Assembly: GCA_964433755.1 (NCBI GenBank)
Contig: CAYSSR010000002.1
Span: 145,419-209,418 of the forward strand
Source: an uncultured Anaerolineales bacterium
Lineage (GTDB): Bacteria > Chloroflexota > Anaerolineae > UBA7937 > B3-Chlor
Direction: 5' to 3'
Length of the DNA: 64,000 nucleotides
How positions within the stretch are numbered: the stretch's first letter is position 1; each line of letters opens with the position of its first letter. A program made the translations under genes and the position numbers. Below the pieces are notes generated by a model. That model saw nothing but the letters and a program-made list of their open reading frames with translations. It was not told the origin of the DNA and did not search any database. Positions 17,658 to 26,932 of this stretch are shown here, piece by piece.

Positions 17658-18733
17658 TGGCTCCCGCCTTTCACCTGAGGGTACCTTCGCAGCACATTCC
17701 TGACCTCAGTCGCGATGGATTCGGGCGAGGATCTCAGAGAGATCCACACGCCGACATAGTCTTCCCCGTAGGGAACAACGAGGACCCGCCCCCTTGCGCC
17801 GGTAAGGCAAACCGATCTGGGACGGCCTGCGTTGAGCACGAAAGCAAGGCTGCGGGACCTCTGCCCCAACAGCGCGGTCACAGCAGCTTTCCGCGTGGGT
17901 TCAGAGCACAGCGCCTCACTCAATAGGCCACCTCCCCGAGCGCACACGACTACGCTTTCTACACCCTCGACTGCCTTTAGAGCAGTCGCCATTCTCTGCA
18001 CACTGGGTTCTTCGGCAGCCGCGTCATACTCATCCTCCGGCTCCCACTCCTCCACGGCGTCGTCGATGCGACGCATCCCTTCCAGCAAGAGACCCGTCCA
18101 TCCCACTGCAACCGTTCGCTTGGGGGGCGGTACGCCTTGTTTGAGAGAGAAGCTGCCATCCTCCCAGGACAGCAGTTCATAGATCACCTGCTCGCCTTCC
18201 TCATCATCCAGGCTAGCGTGGACTATCCCGCCACTCTCGAAGTAGATTATCCCCACACGACCCTGGCGATGGATCACCAACTCAGCCTGGTTGTGCTCGC
18301 TACAGTTGACCGAAATGATGCTCGTGAGGGACAGATCCCGCAGACTCCCGTGGACTGCCTTCTCACCACGTTGTGCCACAACCTGGAGCACTCTTGCCGG
18401 CAGTTCCCCAGCAGCTAGGGGGCCCTCAATGAACTCCGCTGCCCCGGCTTTCAGAGCCTCGACCGCCAGGTCCACCGTGGCATGCGTGGACAGGACCACT
18501 GCGAGCGCCTCTGGGTCGTAGCTCATCAGGTCCGCGAGCACCTTGATCCCCTCCGCCCCGTGCGCCGGTACGTGGACGAGCACCAATTCGAAGGTCTCAG
18601 CTTGATAGGGTCCGAGCACCCCCGCGTCGTAGGTGACTCCTCGCGCCATCAATCCGCCCCGCTCCAACTCCTGTACCAGAGCGTGGACAGTCCCGATGTC
18701 GCCCCCAACGACAAGAACTCGCGTGTCCGCCAT
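17654..18733 (-). CDS. Degenerate receiver domain + PATAN (DUF4388) + Roadblock/LC7 three-domain protein
   Basis: Start set at ATG 18733. The receiver-like N-terminus (TRVLVVGGD..FELVLVHVPAHG..VVLST..FIEGP) has His where the phospho-Asp is expected and Gly at the conserved Lys position. The middle is GSLRDLSLTSIISVNCSEHNQAELVI..GIIYFESGGIVHASL..GEQVIYELLSWEDGSFSL. The C-terminus is LKAVEGVESVVVCARGGGLLSEAL. Confidence 0.7.
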   Translation of the reverse strand: MADTRVLVVGGDIGTVHALVQELERGGLMARGVTYDAGVLGPYQAETFELVLVHVPAHGAEGIKVLADLMSYDPEALAVVLSTHATVDLAVEALKAGAAEFIEGPLAAGELPARVLQVVAQRGEKAVHGSLRDLSLTSIISVNCSEHNQAELVIHRQGRVGIIYFESGGIVHASLDDEEGEQVIYELLSWEDGSFSLKQGVPPPKRTVAVGWTGLLLEGMRRIDDAVEEWEPEDEYDAAAEEPSVQRMATALKAVEGVESVVVCARGGGLLSEALCSEPTRKAAVTALLGQRSRSLAFVLNAGRPRSVCLTGARGRVLVVPYGEDYVGVWISLRSSPESIATEVRNVLRRYPQVKGGSQ

Positions 18734-18829
18734 TGATGCCTTTGCCCCGAGGTCGGGCCGCACGGCCTGTGTGACTGACAAGCACTACATCTGCCCTGCA
18801 GACAGTCCTGAGTCCTGCCTGGAACGTGA

Positions 18830-19534
18830 TCAGATACCCCGGGCGTTCCGCAGAGGTAGGGTCAGAGTCACGGCCGTCCCTCGTCCGGGTGTCGATTCAA
18901 CGACCAGTTGGCCGCCGAGGCCTTGAGATCTTTCCCACATGCCCGCCAACCCCAACCCCAGACGCGGATAGCCAGAGATCACACTAGTCGGATCGAAGCC
19001 AATGCCATCGTCCTCGATAGACATTTGAAGAGAGCCTACTCCGTTGACCGCTCGGACCACGACGCGCGAGGCGCCAGCATGGTGACAGGTGTTCCGCAGC
19101 GCCTCTTGGACGATGTAGAAGAGAGCCGTGCTCTGCTCACCATTCAACACGTGCTCGGGAAGATCGCCGAGATCGAGACTCACCTCGATCTGGAACTGTC
19201 TCTCGCATTCGAGGGCAAGGCAGCGTATTCCCTCGCGAAGGCTGGCGTGTTCCCCTGAACCCGGACCGACTTGCACCATCAGTTCCTTCACGGTGCTGAG
19301 GCTCTTTTCCCAGCAGCCTCTAAGCCGAGCTAGTTCGTCTTCCAGCGCGGTGGAGTCTCCATTGGAGGACAGTCGCCCGCATACGTCGATACTCAGCCGT
19401 AGAGCGGTGAGGGTTTGCAGGAGGTCGTCATGGAGTTCGCGAGCCAGACGATGTCGCTCCGCCTCCATGAGCATGATACGTCGGTTGGGCGTTTCCGCGG
19501 GAACGAGGTCGAAGTAGTCTCCTTGCATGGGCAC
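18830..19534 (-). CDS. Soluble HisKA_3-type histidine kinase without a sensor domain
   Basis: H-box ERHRLARELHDDLLQTL. HATPase boxes EALRNTCHH, DDGIGF and GLGLAGMWERS. Paralogue of the ORF at 12296-12982. Confidence 0.85.
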   Translation of the reverse strand: MPMQGDYFDLVPAETPNRRIMLMEAERHRLARELHDDLLQTLTALRLSIDVCGRLSSNGDSTALEDELARLRGCWEKSLSTVKELMVQVGPGSGEHASLREGIRCLALECERQFQIEVSLDLGDLPEHVLNGEQSTALFYIVQEALRNTCHHAGASRVVVRAVNGVGSLQMSIEDDGIGFDPTSVISGYPRLGLGLAGMWERSQGLGGQLVVESTPGRGTAVTLTLPLRNARGI

Positions 19535-19720
19535 CCGCCTGCGTCACTACGTTGCCAACCAGTACACGCAATGACAGTATACAGCAGAATGAGGTGCCCA
19601 ATTGTTCCAATACCGTCACGAGAATGTCCCGATTTCGTTATCAATACCGGTAGACGTGCACGGTCTACTGGAACGTCAGAAGCCACGACACCACCCAAAG
19701 CCTCCCGGTCTCGAGTCGAA

Positions 19721-20530
19721 TCACTCCGACTGGGACTCCAGCAATACGTAGCCCTCACCGCGGACATTCGCGATCTGGACTGGGCCTCGGCCCATGGAGT
19801 CAAGCTTGCGCCTGAGCCTCCATAGATGGGTACTGATGGCCTTCTTTGCTGTCGTGGCCTCACAGGAGACACCGTGGACCGCCTCTGCCAGCGCACCGAA
19901 GCTCACAGTGTTGCCGGCGTTCTCCATCAAACAGAGCAAAAGCTTGTACTCGCTGGACGTCAGAGCAACAGACTCACCGGCGGAGACGACGTTCAGCTTC
20001 GCTCGGTCCACCAAGAGATCGCCAACACGCAGATACCGAGTCCGTTCGTCACCACGGGGCTCAGTCTCTGTTGTTGTGACCTCTCCCTCCGCGAGTTCGC
20101 GTGCCAGGTTCCCCATCTGCCGTAGCAGATCCTCCTGCCGCCGAGATTGCTGGCGTTTGGCCAAGCCCTTCTCCACACTGGCCAGGATCTCATTCGGGGA
20201 AGATGGCTTCAGGAGATAGTCGTGTCCTCCGTGGCGCAGAGCTTCCACTGCCGAATCCAGGGTTGCGTAGGCAGTCAGCATGACCACGACCGTTCGGGGA
20301 GCCAGGTCGCGGGCAACTCGCATAACCTCGATGCCATCCATCCCCGGCATCTTCAGATCCAGCAGCATGAGATCGAAGGTGGCCTCCTCCAACATCGCCA
20401 GTGCCTCTTCGCCGCTAGCTGCCGTGGACACTTCATACCCTTGTTGGGTCAGTTCCTCAGACAGAAGGAAACGAACTGACGATTCATCGTCAACGACAAG
20501 TATCCTGGCTTCGTCAGTCAACAGGTTCAC
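19721..20530 (-). CDS. OmpR-family response regulator (receiver + winged-helix)
   Basis: RILVVDDE..DLMLLDLKMPGMDG..VMLTA..DYLLKP is an intact receiver. The C-terminus LTSSEYKLLLCLMEN..HLWRLRRKLD..VRGEGYVL is Trans_reg_C. A 4-nt overlap links it to the upstream kinase gene. Confidence 0.9.
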   Translation of the reverse strand: MNLLTDEARILVVDDESSVRFLLSEELTQQGYEVSTAASGEEALAMLEEATFDLMLLDLKMPGMDGIEVMRVARDLAPRTVVVMLTAYATLDSAVEALRHGGHDYLLKPSSPNEILASVEKGLAKRQQSRRQEDLLRQMGNLARELAEGEVTTTETEPRGDERTRYLRVGDLLVDRAKLNVVSAGESVALTSSEYKLLLCLMENAGNTVSFGALAEAVHGVSCEATTAKKAISTHLWRLRRKLDSMGRGPVQIANVRGEGYVLLESQSE

Positions 20531-22542
20531 CCCCCAACCGGCAACCTCACGCAGAAGCGAGTGCCTGCTCCCTCCTCGCTACCCACCTCCAGGGACCCTC
20601 CGTGCCTCTCCACGATGCTGTGGCTCACAGCCAGGCCCAGTCCGGCTGATCCCTCCCTCGACCAATAGAAAGGCTCGAAGACGTAGGGCAACTCCTCTGG
20701 CGGTATGCCTTCTCCAGTGTCGCTGAAGATGATTACCACCTGACCGTTGGCTCGATCCACATCAGTGCCCACCGTCAATTGCCCACCACCAGCCATTGCT
20801 TCCACATGGTGCAGGACGAGGTTGATGAAGACTTGCCTCAAATAGCTTACCTGCACAGCAACCAAGGGCAACGCTTCTGCGAACTCTCTCACAACCGAGA
20901 TCCCGCTATGCTCGATCTGCTTGCTGGCCAGAGCAAGCGTGTCCTCCAGCAAGTCGTTGACGTCGACCAGATCGCGCTCTTCACCGGCAGGTCTGTAGAA
21001 ATCCAACATGCGTCGCACGAGCTGGATGAGACGCTGCACCTCTCGGTCCGCGATGCTCACGTACCGCATGGTCTTCTCATCAGCATGGACATCGTTGGCG
21101 AGGAGGCTGATGCTGCTACGAAGAGCTTGCAGGGGGTTGTTGATCTCGTGAGCTAATGAGGCAGTGAGACGCCCTAGCGCGGCCAACTTCTCCGTGTGGA
21201 TGAGTCTTTGTTCCATCTCCCTCGTGGCACTCACGTCACGAATAACCACCTGAGCGAGGGCCACGTCTCCACGCGTCAGGCGATTGACGCGTACGCACAC
21301 GGGCACCGACCGGCCGTCTCTCCTCTCCAAGCTCAGATGATCAAAGCCACTCTCGCCAGTTGTCAGTACATCCCTCAGCGTAACCCTTACTGGGTGGTCT
21401 CCCTGCACGCAGTAGATGCGATCGGCGGTCTCGCTGAGCAGCCCTTCCAGGCCACAACCGGTCAACTCCCCCGCTTGGTCATTGGCCTCCACCACCCGCC
21501 AGTCTTCCAGGTCCACCACGCAGACTGCATCGCTCACGGTCTCCACCAACAGCCTGTATTCATGTTGGGCTGTCTCGAGCTCGCGGCGCAGATCGACGTT
21601 CTGGAGAGCCGCGGCAGTCTGACGGGCCAGAATCGTTAGCACCTCCTGGTGTGTCTCGTCAAAGGAATCAGCCCGTGCGCTCCCTAGACTCAGACCGCCA
21701 ACCGTCTTCCCTCGTATGACCAGAGGCGCGGTCACAGAGGATCTGAGATCTGGACTCATCTCGGGGCAGCAAGTATCCTCGCTGATCTGCCACTTAGAGG
21801 AGTTGAGTGGAGGAGACGAAGGAGTGTCCTTCTGTTGAGGCTGGCCCCGCCTAGCCGGGGACCCTGAGCTCGCGTCGGCCGGGTCTCTGACGAGCAGCCA
21901 CCCCTTCTCCGGGTCCATGACCTGGGCGATAGCCACGTCCACGTTTGGGATGGCATTGGTGGCGGCCTCTAGCGCAGACCTCAGAACCTCCTCAGCCCCA
22001 CCTGCTCTGCCGGCCGCTTCAGCCAAGGCATCCAGTGTGGTGAGTTCCCTCTCTCTGCTGCGAATCTCATCCCGAAGCCGGACCTGCTCCAATCTCGGGC
22101 TTTGCATGTCCAGCAGGCCAGCCAAGCTCTGGGGAAGAGAATCCAGGTCTTCTCCAGACCCGAAGAAGCAAACCACGGTGTTCCCCATCCCAGCCGCGTG
22201 ATGTCCCTGCTCGCCGTATGCCCCGGCCAATACCACGATGGGGATTCCACAACCTGTTGTCGCGATCCGACGGAGAAGACTCAGGTCATCGGGCCCCGGG
22301 GGATCAAGATCGAGGATGACTGCGTCATACGTCTGGCCGTCAAGCTGCCGGATCGCCTCCGACGGCTCTGCCACGACCACGACCTGCCAGGTTGGGCAGT
22401 TCCGAGCGAATGCCCCCCTCACATCCGCGGCACGATGGTGGCTTGCCTCCAACAGCAAGACACTGCGGCCGTGAAAACCACGAAGTTGGGTCGGCGCCAC
22501 GCCACTCCCTCCGAGCGGAAGGAAAATGCATCGACAGCCCAA
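20527..22542 (-). CDS. Hybrid sensor kinase: receiver-like + GAF + PAS + HisKA + HATPase_c
   Basis: Receiver-like N-terminus (VLLLEAS..YDAVILDLDPPG). GAF/PAS-like middle section. The H-box RLTASLAHEINNPLQAL is almost identical to that of the kinase at 3165. HATPase boxes DTGEGIP and GLGLAVSHSIVERHGG. Confidence 0.85.
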   Translation of the reverse strand: MGCRCIFLPLGGSGVAPTQLRGFHGRSVLLLEASHHRAADVRGAFARNCPTWQVVVVAEPSEAIRQLDGQTYDAVILDLDPPGPDDLSLLRRIATTGCGIPIVVLAGAYGEQGHHAAGMGNTVVCFFGSGEDLDSLPQSLAGLLDMQSPRLEQVRLRDEIRSRERELTTLDALAEAAGRAGGAEEVLRSALEAATNAIPNVDVAIAQVMDPEKGWLLVRDPADASSGSPARRGQPQQKDTPSSPPLNSSKWQISEDTCCPEMSPDLRSSVTAPLVIRGKTVGGLSLGSARADSFDETHQEVLTILARQTAAALQNVDLRRELETAQHEYRLLVETVSDAVCVVDLEDWRVVEANDQAGELTGCGLEGLLSETADRIYCVQGDHPVRVTLRDVLTTGESGFDHLSLERRDGRSVPVCVRVNRLTRGDVALAQVVIRDVSATREMEQRLIHTEKLAALGRLTASLAHEINNPLQALRSSISLLANDVHADEKTMRYVSIADREVQRLIQLVRRMLDFYRPAGEERDLVDVNDLLEDTLALASKQIEHSGISVVREFAEALPLVAVQVSYLRQVFINLVLHHVEAMAGGGQLTVGTDVDRANGQVVIIFSDTGEGIPPEELPYVFEPFYWSREGSAGLGLAVSHSIVERHGGSLEVGSEEGAGTRFCVRLPVGG

Positions 22543-22803
22543 TCCGAGGATTCATTAAAGCATAGCGTGCCAGCAACGTCAAGCCAGAGACCAGAGGCGT
22601 CTAAGCCCAAGGCTCTCCACGGCGCTAGAGCGGATGACAGGAGTGGACAGAGGCGTCACGGACTCCGACCAAGGGCTGCCGGAGGACAAGAAGTGCCACG
22701 CACCGTGAGTCAACGACTCGGCACCTCGAGGTCTGCACACGTACCTCGACCTGACAAACCTGCCGGCCTCAGCCCGGAACCCACAGCTCCAGTCGAGAGT
22801 GTG

Positions 22804-23451
22804 TCAGTCCTCCTGGGATACCGTGGCGGTCGCGGTACCGCTCACCGCCGACGTCTCGGTCTCCGTCGTCACTGTGGACATTGCCGTCTCGGTGGGCTCC
22901 GGAGTCGGGGTCGGCTTCTCTGGCGGATCGCTTATCAACCCCTCCACGTCATCGATGGTGGACGAAGAGACGAGGTACACTCGCTCCTCACCCTCGCGCT
23001 GTGCATAGCGCGAATACCCAGACGGGTTCTCACTGCCCACCAGCAGCACTTGGTCGTCGCCCTCCTCCAGTCCGACCTCCACCCGTAGGGCCGGCACGGA
23101 GAGGCCAAAGGCCTCCAGGTCGACATCCTCACCCTCTATGGTCCGAGTGGACAACAACCAGGAGAGACTGTTCAGCACACTCTCCACACGTGCGTCGTCG
23201 CCGTCAGCCTGGAAAGGATCGGTGATACCCCAAGCGCCATCGACACCTCTCTCGACTGTCACCGACTGCTGGGTCGTCAGGTCCGTCACCTTCAGGAGGG
23301 CAACCTCACTGGTCGAGAAGGCAAACACGGAGGTATCATCCTCTTCGCTCGAGGTGTCTTGGTCTGTCCTCATCTCCACCAAGTAGACGAACGCCGCCAG
23401 GACAGCAAACACGGCGACTACAATGATTGTAGTCCGCTGTTGCAGTCTCAT
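22804..23451 (-). CDS. Membrane-anchored DUF4340-like accessory protein of the GldG-type ABC system
   Basis: N-terminal anchor MRLQQRTTIIVVAVFAVLAAFVYLV, an acidic Thr/Pro-rich tail, and a position directly downstream of the GldG-like gene. The start could be 23472. The family name is inference. Confidence 0.5.
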   Translation of the reverse strand: MRLQQRTTIIVVAVFAVLAAFVYLVEMRTDQDTSSEEDDTSVFAFSTSEVALLKVTDLTTQQSVTVERGVDGAWGITDPFQADGDDARVESVLNSLSWLLSTRTIEGEDVDLEAFGLSVPALRVEVGLEEGDDQVLLVGSENPSGYSRYAQREGEERVYLVSSSTIDDVEGLISDPPEKPTPTPEPTETAMSTVTTETETSAVSGTATATVSQED

Positions 23452-23456
23452 CGCCG

Positions 23457-24989
23457 CTACCTCCGCCTCCACCAGACGGCCAGACCCACCAACAGCACGA
23501 CGGCCGGCAAGAAGATGATGCTGGAATACTGGAGGAAACGAGCCTGCCCGGCTGAGAGGATGATCTCGCGGGACACCTCAGCCACAGGCCGGATGGAGAT
23601 CAGTTCTTCCTCCTCGGCCAGCCAGTTCACAGTGTTGAGGAAGAGATCGAGGTTCCCGCCCAGCGACATGTTGCCATTGGCCACGAAATCGGAATCCCCA
23701 AAGACCACCAGGCGGGTCCCCACTGCGCCCTCATCTTCGCCGTAGGCCTCCATGCTCATGGCCATGGCCAGAGGGCCTTCCAGGTCCGCACCCTCATCGT
23801 AGGCGGCCTCCTGTCTCGTCAACGCCTCGAAGTCCGTCTCACCCCAGCCTGAATCGCTGGATTCTAGCAGGGCCAGGATCGACACGTCCTCAGGCTGCTC
23901 CGTCGTGCGGGTCACCGACCGGGCCGTCACGATCACCACAGCGGGCAAGTCTCTAGTAATCTCACTGTAGGTGAAGCTCTCCACGACGGGCGACAACGGG
24001 TCCATACCAAAGAGAGCACGTTCTGGATCGACGATCACGTCGTCTGCGTATCCCAGACCCCACTCCGCTAGAACGTCGGTCAAGACCGCATCATCGCCCG
24101 GTTCCTGCATGATCAGCGCCTTGCCGCCGCCCTGAACGTAAGTCTGAATGGCACTATTCTCCTGCTCCAATAGGGGCGACTGAGGGGCCGCCACGATCAG
24201 CACTGAGGCGTCGGTGGGCACAGTACCACTGATGGCCAGGTTGAGCGTACTCACGATGTAGTTGTCTCTCTCCAGATAGTCCCCTACCTCGCTGTAGCCT
24301 ACCTCGTCGTAGCCGCTGATGTCCCGCTCTCCGTGCCCTGTGAGGAAGTAGACCACCTTCTGAGTCTCGCGAGTGACCTTCAGGATTGCCCCCGTGATCT
24401 CCTGCTCATCCACCGTGAAGATGTCCTGGCGCTTTCCGCTGCTCTCGAAAACGACGGTGCCATAGGAACCTATCTCGTATTGCTGTGCCACGAAGGGATC
24501 TAGGTCAGGATCCACAAACTCATAGCTGATCTTGTCGGTATGGTAGGAGTACTCGGCGAGCAAATCCTGGAGTTCCTGTTCTCCGTAGTCGCCCTCTTGG
24601 AAGAAGGCCGTTACCTTCACCGGCTGGTCCAAGTCGGACAGAATCTGAATGGTCTGAGAGGAAAGCGTGTATTCCCCAGTCTCAGTCAGATCCACACGGT
24701 GGTGGTGGCGATTGGCGAGGAAGTTGGCCAGGACGAGGATACCAAGGAAAGCCACAACGGCCACTCCTGCGTTCGATCCGTACCTGGCTGTGCGTCCGGT
24801 GAGCGCAGCTCTGAACATCTCTGGCCTGCCTACGACTGAGAGCAGCACCAGGACCACCCCCACGCCCACCAGGGCCTCCACACGCAGATCCAGCTCCCGG
24901 GTGAGCGACCAAATGGTCAAAGCCAGCACCAGGGCCACCAAACCGATTGCCCCCAGGGGAATGGCCAGTCTTCTCATCCACGCACGCAT
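23457..24989 (-). CDS. GldG-like ABC-transport auxiliary protein (ABC_transp_aux)
   Basis: N-terminal TMs followed by RVDLTETGEYTLSSQTIQILSDLDQPVKVTAFF, typical of GldG-family proteins, and a C-terminal TM. It abuts the permease gene at 24989/24990. Confidence 0.7.
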   Translation of the reverse strand: MRAWMRRLAIPLGAIGLVALVLALTIWSLTRELDLRVEALVGVGVVLVLLSVVGRPEMFRAALTGRTARYGSNAGVAVVAFLGILVLANFLANRHHHRVDLTETGEYTLSSQTIQILSDLDQPVKVTAFFQEGDYGEQELQDLLAEYSYHTDKISYEFVDPDLDPFVAQQYEIGSYGTVVFESSGKRQDIFTVDEQEITGAILKVTRETQKVVYFLTGHGERDISGYDEVGYSEVGDYLERDNYIVSTLNLAISGTVPTDASVLIVAAPQSPLLEQENSAIQTYVQGGGKALIMQEPGDDAVLTDVLAEWGLGYADDVIVDPERALFGMDPLSPVVESFTYSEITRDLPAVVIVTARSVTRTTEQPEDVSILALLESSDSGWGETDFEALTRQEAAYDEGADLEGPLAMAMSMEAYGEDEGAVGTRLVVFGDSDFVANGNMSLGGNLDLFLNTVNWLAEEEELISIRPVAEVSREIILSAGQARFLQYSSIIFLPAVVLLVGLAVWWRRR

Positions 24990-25700
24990 CTATCTCCACC
25001 TCCTCAACTGCAAGGCCTGCACCGACAGGAAAAGAAAGGCTGCCATCACGCTGAGGTAGTAGACCACGTCTTTGGTGTCGACGACACCCCGCAGGAAGTC
25101 ATAGTAATGGCCAGACATCGACAGGTAGGTCACAAAGTCACTCACTGGAGCTCCAAAGAGATTCCCAGCAACGTCAACGAGCCACAGGATGATCATCGTT
25201 CCGAATCCCAAGAGCGCGGCGACAGCCTGATTCCGGCTCAAGGCCGAAGCGAACACGCCAATGGAGAGGAAGGCACCTCCCAACAACACCTGACCCAGAT
25301 ACGTACTGAGCATGGGCCCGCGATCGGGGGTGCCCAACCACACCAAGAGGAACGCGTAGTAGAGAGTCAGAGCGAGCATCACACCATAAACGGCCAGACT
25401 GGCCAGGAACTTGCCGACCACCACCTGCCAGTCTCGTACAGGCAGGGTGAGCAGGAGCTCTATAGTCCCCGATCGCTGCTCCTCAGCCAGCAATCGCATG
25501 GTCAGCGCAGGACACACGAAAAGGAGGACCACCGCCATATTGGCGAACACGTTCCCGAGAGAGGCTTCGCGCGTGATGTAGACTATGAGCGCGAAGAAGA
25601 AGCCCATGATTGCCAGGAAGGCCGCCGTCACCACGTAAGCTATGGGAGACGCGAAGTAGACCCGCAACTCCTTCTTCGCAATATAGAACATGTTCCTCAT
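24990..25700 (-). CDS. ABC-2 type transporter permease (GldF-like)
   Basis: 236 aa with six predicted TM stretches. N-terminus KELRVYFASPIAYVV. It sits directly downstream of the ATPase gene at 25700/25701. Confidence 0.75.
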   Translation of the reverse strand: MRNMFYIAKKELRVYFASPIAYVVTAAFLAIMGFFFALIVYITREASLGNVFANMAVVLLFVCPALTMRLLAEEQRSGTIELLLTLPVRDWQVVVGKFLASLAVYGVMLALTLYYAFLLVWLGTPDRGPMLSTYLGQVLLGGAFLSIGVFASALSRNQAVAALLGFGTMIILWLVDVAGNLFGAPVSDFVTYLSMSGHYYDFLRGVVDTKDVVYYLSVMAAFLFLSVQALQLRRWR

Positions 25701-26642
25701 CTATGCCGCCTCCTCCACTTCCTGATCCTGCTCGTGTGTGGTCAGTTGCAGGAAGATCTCTTCCAGGCTCATACCCACCGGCCGCAGTTCGACCAACCCC
25801 CAGTCTTCCTGCACCGACGCTTTGGCTATCTCTTCCCGCCGGTCAGTACCTTCGGTGCATACAACCTCATACTGTCCCTCTCCTCTGACCTGTACATCCG
25901 TCACACCGTCCAGCCGACGCAGCCGCTCTGACACGTCTGGCGACGGACGCTGGAGCTGGACAAACACCCGTTGCGTTGGCTGGAGCCTGGCTTCCAGCAT
26001 CTGAGGCGGACCGTCCGCCACGACTCGTCCCTCGTTGATGATCACTACACGACTACAGACCTCGCTGACCTCTGGAAGGATGTGTGTGCTCAGAACCACG
26101 GTGTGGGCTCCACCCAGGCTCTTGATGAGCTGTCTCACCTCCCGGATCTGCTTGGGATCCAGACCGATCGTAGGCTCGTCGAGAATGAGGACTTGAGGAT
26201 CGTGCACCAGAGCCTGTGCCAACCCCACCCGCTGTCTGTATCCCTTGGACAGCCTGCCGATCAACGTGTGAGCGAAGTTGGAGAGGCCGCACGTCTCCAG
26301 AATCTCCTCCACCTTCTCTCTTCGATCCGGCACGTCACGCACGCTGGCTACGAAATCCAGGTACGAAGACACCGCCATCTCGGAATAGAGAGGCACAGTC
26401 TCCGGCATGTAGCCGATTCGTCTGCGCACCTCGAGAGAGTCGTCGAAGACATCGAACCCGGCTACTCGCGCGGAGCCGGCGCTTGGTGGCATGAAGGCCG
26501 TCAGGATGCGCATGGTGGTCGTCTTGCCCGCGGCATTGGGTCCCAGCAGCCCCAGGATTTCTCCCTCCTCCACCTTGAACGTCACATCCTTGATGGCCGC
26601 CAGGTTGCCATAGTACTTGGTCAGATTCTCGACCTCTATCAT
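25701..26642 (-). CDS. ABC transporter ATP-binding protein (GldA-like)
   Basis: Start moved to ATG 26642 after AGGAGG. Walker A GPNAAGKTT, signature LSKGYRQR, Walker B LILDEPTIGLD. Confidence 0.9.
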   Translation of the reverse strand: MIEVENLTKYYGNLAAIKDVTFKVEEGEILGLLGPNAAGKTTTMRILTAFMPPSAGSARVAGFDVFDDSLEVRRRIGYMPETVPLYSEMAVSSYLDFVASVRDVPDRREKVEEILETCGLSNFAHTLIGRLSKGYRQRVGLAQALVHDPQVLILDEPTIGLDPKQIREVRQLIKSLGGAHTVVLSTHILPEVSEVCSRVVIINEGRVVADGPPQMLEARLQPTQRVFVQLQRPSPDVSERLRRLDGVTDVQVRGEGQYEVVCTEGTDRREEIAKASVQEDWGLVELRPVGMSLEEIFLQLTTHEQDQEVEEAA

Positions 26643-26932
26643 TCCCATCCTCCTGCACCTCTGTCCTTTCGCCCCCACAAAACGGAAAGCACCATGCTCG
26701 GCTTTGCCCCGCGTCACAAAGTGCTTTCGATGAAGCCCAGTATTAACATAGAGTGTCGCTCAGAAACCTCTGGTTGTCAAGCCTACACACCACCATTGGG
26801 GGCAGCGCCGCACACGATGGTGACCGCATGATCCGTGGTGCCGGACAGGGACAAACCGCCCTTGCCTCGCCCGGCGTAGAGGGCCGCCACAGCGCGCCTG
26901 CACCCTGCTCCGCTTATCGCGCCCGTACTACA

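Noticed and set aside
22102-23088. 328-aa plus-strand ORF across the kinase N-terminus, the intergenic region and the DUF4340-like gene
   Set aside because: It overlaps two better-supported minus-strand genes and has an Arg/Pro-rich composition.
25107-26831. 274-aa and 286-aa plus-strand ORFs opposite the ABC permease and ATPase genes
   Set aside because: Antisense shadows of genes with Walker A/B and signature motifs.
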